Below are positions 1-8,866 of a DNA stretch of 64,000 nucleotides, piece after piece. Positions within the stretch are counted from its first letter, which is position 1. The number at the start of each line of letters is the position of its first letter. This DNA is from an archaeon. Its GTDB lineage: Archaea; Micrarchaeota; Micrarchaeia; Norongarragalinales; UBA97. The notes under the pieces were generated by a model, which was given only the letters and a program-made list of their open reading frames with translations, searched no databases and was not told where the DNA came from. Made by a program: the position numbers and the translations under genes. The stretch spans positions 1,621 through 65,620 of the forward strand of contig JAGVFW010000002.1 of the NCBI GenBank assembly GCA_020057405.1, given 5' to 3'.

Positions 1-141
1 GCATTCGAGCAGGTGATTTCAACCAACGCCTCGATGCGAAAGAAACACAATCCCTATGGCAACGGCGATTCAGCAAAGCGCACACTAGTCGCGATTGAGA
101 AGTTCAAGGGCAAGCTCATCCAGTGGAAGCACCAAGAATAA
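1..141 (+). CDS. C-terminal fragment of a CDS truncated by the window start. The tail '...NPYGNGDSAKR...' resembles the C-terminus of UDP-GlcNAc 2-epimerase (WecB family).
   Basis: Frame 1 is open from base 1 to the TAA at 139-141. The NPYGDG-like motif is typical of non-hydrolysing UDP-GlcNAc 2-epimerase C-termini. Assignment from motif memory only. Confidence 0.4.
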   Translation, partial: AFEQVISTNASMRKKHNPYGNGDSAKRTLVAIEKFKGKLIQWKHQE

Positions 142-163
142 ACAATTCCGGCGGTAGACCAAA

Positions 164-964
164 ATGAAGCCATTACTCGGCGTTTTCGGCGGCAGCGGAT
201 TCTATTCCCTCGCCGGCGCCTCTCTGAAAAAGAAGTTCCGTACGCAATGGGGCGAGCCATCGGCGCCAGTGCAGTTTGCCAAAATCAACGGCGTGCCCCT
301 CGCTTTCCTCCCGCGCCACGGGGAAAAGCACTCCATCCCTCCGCACAAGATAAACTATCGCGCCAACGTCACCGCCCTCAAGCAGGCCGGCGCCACCCAG
401 ATTTTCGGTCCTTTTGCATGCGGCAGCCTGCAGCCTGGCGTGCGGCCAGGCGATTTCGTTGTCGCCGACCAGTTTGTCGACCGCACGGCCGGCCGCGCCG
501 ACACTTTCTTTGAAGGCCCCGATGTCGTGCACATCGGCGGTGCCGAGCCTTACTGCCCGCGCCTGCGCGCCACCTGCCTAACCGCCGCCAAGGAGGCCGG
601 CTTGCGAGTGCACGAGAAAGGAACTGCAGTTGTAGTCAACGGCCCGCGCTTTAGCACCAAAGCCGAGAGCAAGTGGTTCTCAAGGCAGGGCTGGGAAGTG
701 ATTACGATGACGCAGTATCCCGAAGTCGTCCTTGCCCGCGAGGCGGGGCTCTGCTACGCCGGCGTTGGCTTAGTCACCGACTACGACGCGGGCCTCGAGG
801 GCCATCCCGACGTGCCTGCAGTCACCGCGCGCGACGTGGTCAAGGTCTTCAAGGAGAACAACGCCAAGCTTGCAAAATTGCTTGAAAGCTTAGTCAAGCA
901 GCCGGCGCTCCAAAATCGCGGATGCAATTGCGCGAAAGCAGTTGAGGAAGGACGGATTCACTAA
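164..964 (+). CDS. mtnP: 5'-methylthioadenosine phosphorylase (MTAP/PNP family)
   Basis: 266 aa. N-terminus 'LGVFGGSGFY' and overall PNP/MTAP-family composition. ATG at 164, TAA at 962-964. Confidence 0.8.
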   Translation: MKPLLGVFGGSGFYSLAGASLKKKFRTQWGEPSAPVQFAKINGVPLAFLPRHGEKHSIPPHKINYRANVTALKQAGATQIFGPFACGSLQPGVRPGDFVVADQFVDRTAGRADTFFEGPDVVHIGGAEPYCPRLRATCLTAAKEAGLRVHEKGTAVVVNGPRFSTKAESKWFSRQGWEVITMTQYPEVVLAREAGLCYAGVGLVTDYDAGLEGHPDVPAVTARDVVKVFKENNAKLAKLLESLVKQPALQNRGCNCAKAVEEGRIH

Positions 965-979
965 GAGTTGACAGAAAGA

Positions 980-1510
980 ATGGAAGAAGAACTCAAGCGG
1001 CTCATCCGCAACATTCCTGATTTCCCAAAGCAGGGCGTCCAGTTTAAGGACATAACCCCGCTCTTGCAGAATGGCCCGGCGTTTAAGCGCGCGATTGACG
1101 CGATGGCAGCTCACTATTCCTCAAGCGGGGCGAACGTCATCGTGAGCATCGAGGCGCGCGGCTTCATCATAGGGGCGGCGCTTGCCTACTCGATGGGCAA
1201 GAGCTTCGTGCCCCTGCGCAAGCCAGGAAAGCTGCCGTTTACGAGCGTCCGCGCAGAACTTGAAAAGGAGTACGGCAAAGACGCCATTGAGATGCACATC
1301 GACGCGCTAAAAGCCGGCGACAAAGTACTCATCATTGACGACGTGCTTGCAACCGGCGGAACGCTCAACGCCGCAATCAAGCTTGTCGAGACTGCCGGTG
1401 CGTCAGTCGAAGGAATCGGCGTGCTAACCGAACTGTCATTCCTGCACGGCCGCGCCAACATCAAGGGCAAGCAAGGCGATTACAAAATCTTTTCGCTCCT
1501 CAAGTACTAG
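980..1510 (+). CDS. apt: adenine phosphoribosyltransferase
   Basis: 'IRNIPDFPKQGVQFKDITPLL' and the PRPP-binding 'VLIIDDVLATGGT' are APRT signatures. The track ORF begins at TTG 968; the first ATG (MEEELK) is at 980. Confidence 0.85.
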   Translation: MEEELKRLIRNIPDFPKQGVQFKDITPLLQNGPAFKRAIDAMAAHYSSSGANVIVSIEARGFIIGAALAYSMGKSFVPLRKPGKLPFTSVRAELEKEYGKDAIEMHIDALKAGDKVLIIDDVLATGGTLNAAIKLVETAGASVEGIGVLTELSFLHGRANIKGKQGDYKIFSLLKY

Positions 1511-1521
1511 TGTGATGGAAA

Positions 1522-2850
1522 ATGCGTTTTGACGGAAAACTCCTCCTCGCCCTGCTGCCTTTCCTGGCATTATGCGCCTACTCACTGACATTCAACGGCC
1601 ACGTGATGGACGAGTACACTTACATTCTCATGGCCCGCTCGTACGCGGCCAACGACTTTTTCAACGCTCCCGACCAAAGCAGGTTCCCGGCATTCCCATT
1701 TGCCTTGTCCCTAGTCTACCGAGTTTGGGACGGCGGGCTCCTCGCGGGCAGGCTCTTGGGTATTCTCTTTGGCCTGGCGGCGCTCGTGCTCGTCTATTCG
1801 ATGGGCAAGAAATTTTTCGGCGAGGAAGCGGGCTTTTGGGCAACCGCCCTGCTCGGCGCAAGTCCGGTCTTCGCGTTCTTTTCAGACAAAGTGCTTAGCG
1901 AGCCCATGTTTATCGCCTTGCTCGTCGCCTGCGCGTGGCTTGTCGTGAAGGCAGGTGAGGACCGCAAGTGGTTAATCGCCATTGGCGCAAGCGTTTCACT
2001 TTTGGTGCTAACGCGCTTTTTCGGCCTCTACCTCGCCCCAATCGCCCTCCTCTACTGGTGGCGGCGCGGGCAACTTCAAATCCTAGCCTCAACGGAATTT
2101 GCCATCGGCATTCTTGCCTTCCTCGCCGTCTCTGCACCGTGGCTGGCGTTTAGCACGGCAATCACGGGTAATCCGATTGGCCTTCTGCGCGAGTTCTTCT
2201 CAAGCAACGTGATTTTTGAGCAGGGCGGATTTGCCCTCGCCGACCGCATCCCGAGTTACTTGCTGCTAGCACCATTCATTGCCGGCGCAGCAATTGCCCT
2301 CATACTACTTTACCCCAAGCGCGTCTTTGCCGAAGTCTCAAGCGGCCCGGGCTTCATCGCACTGGCATCCGCAGTTGTCATTGCCGCGTCCCTTGAAGTC
2401 CACGGCTTTTTGCAGTTCCGCCTCCTGCGCTATCTCGTGCCGGCAGCACCCTTCGTCGCCTTGATTGCGGGCGCCGGGGCAGTTGCACTTGCGAAGAAAG
2501 GCAAGCCGCTTATCGGCAAGGCTGTCTCCTGGCGCTGGCTGCCGATTGCGCTTTTGGCCGCCAACTTCATTGCAGCCCTCATGGTGATGCACATATTTGG
2601 CGGCCTTGACAAGTACTCGGGTTACCACGAAGTCGGCGTCTTCGCCGCGGCAAACTGCCAAAGCCACTATTCTAACATCGAGCGCGTGCTCCAAGTGTAT
2701 TCCGGCAAGGCCCAAGTACCAATCGGGCAGGCCGACTGCGCGGTTGAAAGCAAGTTTAACCCGAACGTCGTTGGCGCAAACTTTTCCGCCGGCAGGGAAC
2801 TAATTTACAGCAACAAGGGAATGAGCGTCTGGAGGCTCAAGCATGCCTAG
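1522..2850 (+). CDS. polytopic GT-C glycosyltransferase, PMT/ArnT-like (GT39/GT83-type), probably Dol-P-sugar dependent
   Basis: 442 aa with more than 10 predicted TM segments. A conserved DE motif follows TM1 ('GHVMDEYTYILMARSY'), as in ArnT 'DETRYAEIARE' and Pmt 'DEVHF'. Its 3' end overlaps the downstream GT2 gene by 8 nt. Confidence 0.55.
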   Translation: MRFDGKLLLALLPFLALCAYSLTFNGHVMDEYTYILMARSYAANDFFNAPDQSRFPAFPFALSLVYRVWDGGLLAGRLLGILFGLAALVLVYSMGKKFFGEEAGFWATALLGASPVFAFFSDKVLSEPMFIALLVACAWLVVKAGEDRKWLIAIGASVSLLVLTRFFGLYLAPIALLYWWRRGQLQILASTEFAIGILAFLAVSAPWLAFSTAITGNPIGLLREFFSSNVIFEQGGFALADRIPSYLLLAPFIAGAAIALILLYPKRVFAEVSSGPGFIALASAVVIAASLEVHGFLQFRLLRYLVPAAPFVALIAGAGAVALAKKGKPLIGKAVSWRWLPIALLAANFIAALMVMHIFGGLDKYSGYHEVGVFAAANCQSHYSNIERVLQVYSGKAQVPIGQADCAVESKFNPNVVGANFSAGRELIYSNKGMSVWRLKHA

Positions 2851-3508
2851 GGAACTTACTGTCATCCTGCCTACCTTGAATGAGGAGGAGGGCGTTGAGA
2901 TTGTGATGAAGGCGCTAGCCAAGGCTGGGGCCACCCGCGTGCTGGTCCTTGACGGCGGGAGCACAGACAGGACTGTGGAGATTGCAAAGAAGCTTGGTGC
3001 GACAGTGATGGTGCAGGAGGGCCGCGGAAAGGGAATGGCTTTCCAGACTTTCCTCAAAAAATACCCCATCAAGGACGACGCGGCCTACGTAATGCTTGAC
3101 GCCGACGCAAGCTACGCCGGAAGCGAAATAATGAAAATCGCGGCGGCGCTAAAAGACGCCGACGTCGTCACCGGCTCGCGCCCTCCCCTCATCTTCGGCT
3201 TCCGAAGTTTCGTGCACTACATTGGCGGCTTCCTAATCTCCGTTTTTGCTTCAGTGCTCTTCCTGCGGTGGAATCCAGACATCACTAGCGGTTACTGGGG
3301 ATTCCGCGGTCTCGCGCTCAAAAAGCTCGACATCACTTCGCACGGCTTTGAACTCGAGGCCAACCTGTTTGCGCAGTCAGCCAAGAAGGGACTTAAAGCA
3401 GTTTGTGTTCCAATTACTTACGGCAAGCGCGTGGGCACGGCAAAACTGTCGTTTCTCGACGCGTTAAAAATCGTGCCGAAATTGCTAAGCGAAAGGTTGA
3501 GCGGGTAA
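2843..3508 (+). CDS. GT2 glycosyltransferase, dolichyl-phosphate hexose synthase-like (DPM1/AglD-type)
   Basis: 'LTVILPTLNEEEGV' and 'LVLDGGSTDRTVEIAKKLGA' form a GT2 DxD-type N-terminus. Translationally overlapped with the upstream GT-C gene. Confidence 0.75.
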   Translation: MPRELTVILPTLNEEEGVEIVMKALAKAGATRVLVLDGGSTDRTVEIAKKLGATVMVQEGRGKGMAFQTFLKKYPIKDDAAYVMLDADASYAGSEIMKIAAALKDADVVTGSRPPLIFGFRSFVHYIGGFLISVFASVLFLRWNPDITSGYWGFRGLALKKLDITSHGFELEANLFAQSAKKGLKAVCVPITYGKRVGTAKLSFLDALKIVPKLLSERLSG

Positions 3509-3510
3509 AG

Positions 3511-4827
3511 ATGAAGGTTTCAGTTGTCGGTTCCGGTTACGTCGGCCTAGTCACGGGCGCAGGCCTAGCCTCTCGCGGCCACGACGTGACTTGCATCGAC
3601 ATTGACGCAGAAAAAGTAAGGCGCATCAACGCAGGCGAGCCGCCTTTCCACGAGGACGGCCTGGCAGAGCTGCTCTCACGCGTCCTCAAGGCCGGCAAGT
3701 TTTCTGCAACAACTGGCTACGAGTCGGTTCGCGACGCCGACGCAGTGCTCATTTGCGTCGGCACCCCGTCGCGTGCAGACGGCGGCATTGACCTTGCGTA
3801 CGTCCGCGCGTCAGCAGAGTCTATTGGCAAAGAGCTTGCTGGCTCAAGCAAGTTCACCGTCGTTACCGTCAAGAGCACGGTCGTTCCCGGCACCACCCGC
3901 TCGCTCGTGCCGCTCCTTGAAAAAAACTCCGGCAAGAAAGTCGGCGCGGGCTTTGGCATTTCAATGGTTCCCGAATTCCTTCGCGAGGGAAGCGCGCTTG
4001 AGGACTTCGAGGCGCCCGATAGAGTCGTCATCGGCGCCGACGGCGAGAAATCATTTGAGGCAATGCGCAAGCTCCACGCTGGCTTTACCTGCCCGTTCCT
4101 TGAGACGACCGTCGAGACTGCCGAGATGGTCAAGTACGCCAGCAACGGCTTTCTAGCGACAAAGATTGGTTTTGTAAACGAGTTGTCCGCAATGTGCGAG
4201 CACATGGGCATCGACATCGACTCTGTCGCAAAAGGCATGGGCCTTGACAAGCGCATTTCCCCTCAATTCCTGCGCGCCGGCCCAGGCTGGGGCGGCTCGT
4301 GCTTCGGCAAGGACGTCCGCGCCATCGTCGCGGCCCAAAAGGACGCCGGTCTCTCGCCGCGCATCCTAGAAGCAGTGCTTGATGCCAACGATGCGCAGAA
4401 AAAGCGCGTCGTCGACCTCGCGCAGCAGGCAACTGGCGGCCTCTCAGGCAAGCTCGTGTGCGTCCTCGGCCTCGCATTCAAGGCAGGGACAGATGACATT
4501 CGCGAATCCCCTGCAATCACAATCGTCGGCGAGCTTCTTGCTCGTGGGGCGCGCGTCGTCGCCTACGACCCGGCCGCAACTGCAAACTTTAAGCGCCTCT
4601 ACGGCCAAATCGGTTACGCGAACTCAGTTGAGGAAGCACTCACGGGCGCGGATGCCTGCATCATCGTCACCGAATGGCCGGAGTTCAAGATTTCCGCCGC
4701 AGAATACAAGGCACTTATGGCAAAGCCGGTTGTCATCGACGGCAGGCGGCTGCTTGACCGCAAGTCGGCACACGCAGCAGGCCTCACTTACGTTGCAGTT
4801 GGCGTTGGAAACGGGGGTGCAGGCTGA
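3511..4827 (+). CDS. ugd: UDP-glucose 6-dehydrogenase family (nucleotide-sugar dehydrogenase)
   Basis: 'MKVSVVGSGYVGLVTGAGLA' Rossmann N-terminus, 'CVGTP' and 'GWGGSCFGKD' match the catalytic-Cys region of the UDPGDH family. The track ORF begins at 3403, but the canonical N-terminal Met is at 3511, immediately after the upstream stop. Confidence 0.8.
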   Translation: MKVSVVGSGYVGLVTGAGLASRGHDVTCIDIDAEKVRRINAGEPPFHEDGLAELLSRVLKAGKFSATTGYESVRDADAVLICVGTPSRADGGIDLAYVRASAESIGKELAGSSKFTVVTVKSTVVPGTTRSLVPLLEKNSGKKVGAGFGISMVPEFLREGSALEDFEAPDRVVIGADGEKSFEAMRKLHAGFTCPFLETTVETAEMVKYASNGFLATKIGFVNELSAMCEHMGIDIDSVAKGMGLDKRISPQFLRAGPGWGGSCFGKDVRAIVAAQKDAGLSPRILEAVLDANDAQKKRVVDLAQQATGGLSGKLVCVLGLAFKAGTDDIRESPAITIVGELLARGARVVAYDPAATANFKRLYGQIGYANSVEEALTGADACIIVTEWPEFKISAAEYKALMAKPVVIDGRRLLDRKSAHAAGLTYVAVGVGNGGAG

Positions 4828-5696
4828 TGGCAACTAAAATCCGAAAGGCAGTCATCCCTGCAGCCGGCCTTGGCACGCGCTTTTTGCCGGCGACAAAGGC
4901 GCAGCCAAAGGAAATGCTCCCCCTAGTCGACAAGCCCGTCATCCAGTACGTCGTTGAGGAAGCAATCGCAAGCGGCATCACCGACATTCTTATCGTCATC
5001 GGCAAAGGCAAGCACGCAATTGGTAATCACTTTGACCGCTCTAACGACTTGGAAGCCGCCCTGCGCGCCAGGGGCAACGACAAGCTTGCCGACGAGCTAA
5101 AGCGCATCAGCGAAATGGCGAAAATCACTTACGTTTTACAGCCCGAGCCCATCGGCCTCGGCCACGCAGTGTCTTTGGCTGAGAAGTTCGTTGGTGGCGA
5201 GCCGTTCGCAGTCCTCCTTGGCGACACAATCTTCGACTCAAAAGTTCCCTGCACCAAGCAGTTGATGACCGTCTTTGACCGCAAGGGCGGTTCAGTCATC
5301 GCAGCGCACGAAGTTTCCCCCGCCGACGTCAGCCGTTGGGGCATTGTCAAGGGCAAGCCCGCAGGTGCAGGCGTCATTGCTGTTCAAGACCTTGTCGAGA
5401 AGCCTGCCGTTGGCAGCGCGCCCTCCAATTTGGCCATCGCCGCGCGCTATGTCCTGACTCCCGGCGTTTTTGACTGCCTGAGAAAGACAAAGCCGGGCAA
5501 GAACGGCGAAGTGCAGCTCACTGACGCACTAAAGTTGCTCGCTGCAAAGGAACCTGTTTTCGCTTCTGTTGTCGAGGGCAAGTGGTACGACATTGGCACC
5601 AAACTCGATTACGCCGTAACTTTCGTTGAGTTCGGCCTCAAGCACCCGCAAGTCGGGGCGGAATTCAGGAAAAAACTGGAGAAACTGGTGAAGTAA
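4827..5696 (+). CDS. galU: UTP-glucose-1-phosphate uridylyltransferase
   Basis: 'KAVIPAAGLGTRFLPATKAQPKEMLPLVDKPVIQYVVEEA' is the classic GalU N-terminus. The start overlaps the ugd stop (TGATG). Confidence 0.85.
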   Translation: MATKIRKAVIPAAGLGTRFLPATKAQPKEMLPLVDKPVIQYVVEEAIASGITDILIVIGKGKHAIGNHFDRSNDLEAALRARGNDKLADELKRISEMAKITYVLQPEPIGLGHAVSLAEKFVGGEPFAVLLGDTIFDSKVPCTKQLMTVFDRKGGSVIAAHEVSPADVSRWGIVKGKPAGAGVIAVQDLVEKPAVGSAPSNLAIAARYVLTPGVFDCLRKTKPGKNGEVQLTDALKLLAAKEPVFASVVEGKWYDIGTKLDYAVTFVEFGLKHPQVGAEFRKKLEKLVK

Positions 5697-5697
5697 A

Positions 5698-6633
5698 ATG
5701 AAAACAGTAATTACTGGCGGAGCCGGCTTTATCGGAAGCCACCTTACCGACGCCCTCCTCAAGCGCGGGAATGCCGTGACCGTCGTCGACAACCTTAGCT
5801 CGGGCAAAAAAGAATTTCTCGCCCCGCACGCAAAGAATAAGCGATTCCGTTTCGTTAAGCGGGACTTGCGCGAGGCAAGCACGCTCAAGGGCGTCTTTGA
5901 CGATGCGGATACGGTCTACCACTTGGCCGCAGCAGTCGAGGTCCGCCGCTCTGCCCAAAAGCCCGAAGAAATGTACGAAAACAACATCCTGGCGACCTAC
6001 AACGTCCTCAACGCCCTCCGCAAGAGCAGCGCGAAGAAATTCGTGCTCTCCTCCTCAGTCACCGTCTTTGGCGAGGTAAAGAAAATCCCGACGCCGGAGG
6101 ACTACGGTCCCCTTCGGCCAATCTCGTTTTACGGTGCGAGCAAGCTTGCCGACGAGGCGATGGCATCGGCGTGCGCTGGCCTCTATGGCTTTGACGCAGT
6201 CACCTACCGCTTCGCCAACATCATCGGTCCGCGCGGCACGCATGGGGTCATCCGCGACTTCATCATGAAGCTGCGCGCCAACCCGAAAGTCATGGAAATC
6301 CTCGGGGACGGCAAGCAGAACAAGAGTTACCTGCATGTTGACGACTGCGTGGCGGCGCTACTGCTTGCAGGCAAGGCTGCAAAGCCTTACGACGTCCTCC
6401 ATGTCGGCAGCGACGACTCGACGACCGTGAAGCAAATCGCCGACATCGTCGCCGACGAGATGGGGTTAAAGAACGTCAAATACGCTTACACTGGCGGCCA
6501 CCGCGGCTGGCCTGGTGACATCATCCGCTCGCAGCTTGACGCATCACGGCTAAAGAAACTGGGCTGGAAGGCGCGCCACAACTCAAGCCAGGCGGTCAGG
6601 ATGACCGTGCGCGAGCTGCTAAAGGAAATCTAA
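5698..6633 (+). CDS. NAD-dependent nucleotide-sugar epimerase/dehydratase (extended SDR)
   Basis: 'MKTVITGGAGFIGSHL' glycine-rich motif plus a YxxxK catalytic region. Position after ugd-galU suggests a UDP-GlcA/UDP-Glc 4-epimerase or decarboxylase. Confidence 0.75.
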   Translation: MKTVITGGAGFIGSHLTDALLKRGNAVTVVDNLSSGKKEFLAPHAKNKRFRFVKRDLREASTLKGVFDDADTVYHLAAAVEVRRSAQKPEEMYENNILATYNVLNALRKSSAKKFVLSSSVTVFGEVKKIPTPEDYGPLRPISFYGASKLADEAMASACAGLYGFDAVTYRFANIIGPRGTHGVIRDFIMKLRANPKVMEILGDGKQNKSYLHVDDCVAALLLAGKAAKPYDVLHVGSDDSTTVKQIADIVADEMGLKNVKYAYTGGHRGWPGDIIRSQLDASRLKKLGWKARHNSSQAVRMTVRELLKEI

Positions 6634-6655
6634 AAAGAGCTTAGGGGCATTTGCC

Positions 6656-7873
6656 CTAGTTTTTCTTCAAAAACTCGCCGAACTTCTGCGCAACGTACTC
6701 CATGTCGCTAGCGCCGAGCTTCTGGTGCGTGCCCATGTAGAAGCCGCTGGAGTTCACCCACTTTGCAACCGGGAAGCTGTCCTCGAATTTCTCGCCAAAG
6801 AGTTTTTTGTAAATCGGTTGGTTGAGAAGCGGAACCATAGTGCGCGTCTCAATGCCGTTTTCCTCCAAAAAGTGCGTGAGGTCGTCACGGCTAAAGCCCG
6901 CATCAGGCCGCACGACGACGGGGTACATCATGAAAACGTGGTCGCGATCGCTTGGCACCGACGGGAGCTGAATTCGGTTAGCGTAGGGCGCGAGCAACTT
7001 CGAGAGAACTGCCGCATTCGCCTGCCTTGCGCTGATGATTTCCTGCCATCTTTCAAACTGCGCGCAGCCGATTGCGGCCTCAAGTTCAGTTACCCTGGCG
7101 CTGTAGCCAAGCCGGACGAAGCTAAAGCGCCTATCCATCACCATGCGCCTTTCCTCGGCAGTCGCCTTGTTGCTGTCTTCCATCTTGACGTAGATGGAGT
7201 CGCGGCCGTGGTTCATGAGGCTGCGCATGATGACTGCAAGATTGTCGTTGCTTGTCATCGACAAGCCGCCGACGCCGGTAACCAGCAGGTGGGCCACGTA
7301 AGTCGAGAAGCATCCGACGTCGCCGAAGCTGCCGACGGCCTTGCCCTTGTAGCGCGCGAACATCGTCTCGCAAGTGTCCTCGACTACCCGCAGCTTGTGC
7401 TTCTTTGCAATCGCCATTATTGGGTCCATGTCGCACGGCATGCCGAAGAGATGAACCGGCATTATCGCCCGCGTTCGGGGCGTGATTGCAGCCTCAATGA
7501 GCTTGGGGTCGAGGTTGTAAGTGTCTTTTTCAACGTCAACGAAGACGGGCGTAAGGTTGCTCTGCAGCACGACGTTTGAAGTCGCAACGAAAGTGAGCGC
7601 GGGAACGATTACTTCGTCGCCGTCCTTCCAGCCGTCGACTTCCTTTAGCGCGATGATTGCCAGGCGAAGGGCGTCCGTGCCGCTATTCGACATTATCGCG
7701 TGTCTGCTGTCGTGCGCCTCCGCCATTTCCTTCTCGAAACGCTGGGTGAAGGGGCCGTAGGAAAGCCGGCTGTTGTCTAGTGCCTGGTTGACGTACTTCT
7801 TCGCGTTGCCGTAGTTAGCGTCAAAGCAACCCACTTCGACCTTGAACTGCTTGATTTCGGTAGTCTGCGTCAT
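6656..7873 (-). CDS. DegT/DnrJ/EryC1/StrS-family PLP-dependent sugar aminotransferase
   Basis: The 'YGNAKKYVNQALDNSRLSYGPFTQRFEKEMAEAHDSRHAIMSNSGTDALRLA' pattern is typical of sugar aminotransferases. The start is taken at ATG 7873, which forms an ATGA overlap with the upstream gene's stop. The track ORF extends to 7903. Confidence 0.8.
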   Translation of the reverse strand: MTQTTEIKQFKVEVGCFDANYGNAKKYVNQALDNSRLSYGPFTQRFEKEMAEAHDSRHAIMSNSGTDALRLAIIALKEVDGWKDGDEVIVPALTFVATSNVVLQSNLTPVFVDVEKDTYNLDPKLIEAAITPRTRAIMPVHLFGMPCDMDPIMAIAKKHKLRVVEDTCETMFARYKGKAVGSFGDVGCFSTYVAHLLVTGVGGLSMTSNDNLAVIMRSLMNHGRDSIYVKMEDSNKATAEERRMVMDRRFSFVRLGYSARVTELEAAIGCAQFERWQEIISARQANAAVLSKLLAPYANRIQLPSVPSDRDHVFMMYPVVVRPDAGFSRDDLTHFLEENGIETRTMVPLLNQPIYKKLFGEKFEDSFPVAKWVNSSGFYMGTHQKLGASDMEYVAQKFGEFLKKN

Positions 7874-8847
7874 TTGCGCTCTCCCCCGTTCTTCAAGTAC
7901 CATTCAACCGTCTTGCCCAGGCCTTCCTTGAGGCCGACCTTGGGCGCAAAACCAATTTTGTCTTTGGCCTTCTCGATGCTCGCGCTTCTTCGCGGCTGGC
8001 CTTGCGGCTTGCTTGAATCAAAGACTAACTTTGCCGACGAGTGGCCAGCGGCGGCAAGCACTTCGCCGACCAGCTCCCGGATTGTCGTCTCCGTGCCGTT
8101 GCCAAGGTTGAGCGCGTCGCACTTGGCGTAATTTTCGCACGCAAGCATCATGCCTGCGGCAACGTCGGTGACGTAAATGAAGGCACGCGTCGCGTTCCCC
8201 GTGCCCCAAACGACAAACGGGTCCTGCTTCTCGACGGCGCGCCTGATGAGAGCCGGGATGACGTGCGACTCGGCGGGGTTGAAGTTGTCCCGCGGGCCGT
8301 ATGAGTTGAATGGCCGGACAATTGCAATGCGCATGCCGTACTGCTTGGCATAAGCGCCGCACTCAATTTCCCCAAGCCTCTTGCTCCAGCCGTATGGCGC
8401 GTTGCTTGGCTCGGGAAAGCCGTTGAAGAACTCCTCCTCGCGAAGGGGCACTTTAGCCTCAAGCGGGTATCCGCAGGCGGAACTCGTGAAAAGCAGCCGC
8501 TCAACCGACTCGGTCTTGGCAGCACCTTCAAGCACGCTAGCGTTGATGCGCACGTTTTCCGAAATCATCGTCGCCGGGTTGGCGGCGTTGAACCCGACGC
8601 CCCGCACAAGGCCCGCCAAGTGCATGACGACTTCAGCGTCCTTGAATGCGGACTGCGTGAATGCCGTGTCGCGCAGGTCGCCCTGAACGAACTTGAGCTT
8701 GTCCTTGACTGAAGCAAGGTTGCGCAGCGGGTCGCGGCCGACTATAGTTAAGCGCGCGCCCTGCGCCAAGAGCATTTCAGCCAGGTGGCTGCCGATGAAG
8801 CCGTCCCCGCCGGTAATTGCTACGTTTTTGTCTTTCCAAAATGCCAT
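7870..8847 (-). CDS. NAD-dependent nucleotide-sugar epimerase/dehydratase (extended SDR)
   Basis: 'VAITGGDGFIGSHLAEML' motif. Co-oriented and translationally coupled with the DegT aminotransferase, which fits a 4-keto sugar generated and then aminated. Confidence 0.75.
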   Translation of the reverse strand: MAFWKDKNVAITGGDGFIGSHLAEMLLAQGARLTIVGRDPLRNLASVKDKLKFVQGDLRDTAFTQSAFKDAEVVMHLAGLVRGVGFNAANPATMISENVRINASVLEGAAKTESVERLLFTSSACGYPLEAKVPLREEEFFNGFPEPSNAPYGWSKRLGEIECGAYAKQYGMRIAIVRPFNSYGPRDNFNPAESHVIPALIRRAVEKQDPFVVWGTGNATRAFIYVTDVAAGMMLACENYAKCDALNLGNGTETTIRELVGEVLAAAGHSSAKLVFDSSKPQGQPRRSASIEKAKDKIGFAPKVGLKEGLGKTVEWYLKNGGERK

Positions 8848-8866
8848 CTGTCATCCGCCACTCTTT

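Noticed and set aside
6725-7579. 284-aa ORF on the + strand, entirely inside the DegT aminotransferase gene on the - strand
   Set aside because: It is an antisense shadow ORF typical of high-GC DNA, with no recognisable domain and Arg/Ala-rich low-complexity translation. The opposite-strand protein has clear family signatures.
8018-8531. ORFs of 114-127 aa overlapping the SDR gene 7870-8847 in other frames
   Set aside because: Arg/Pro/Ala-rich shadow frames of a GC-rich gene.
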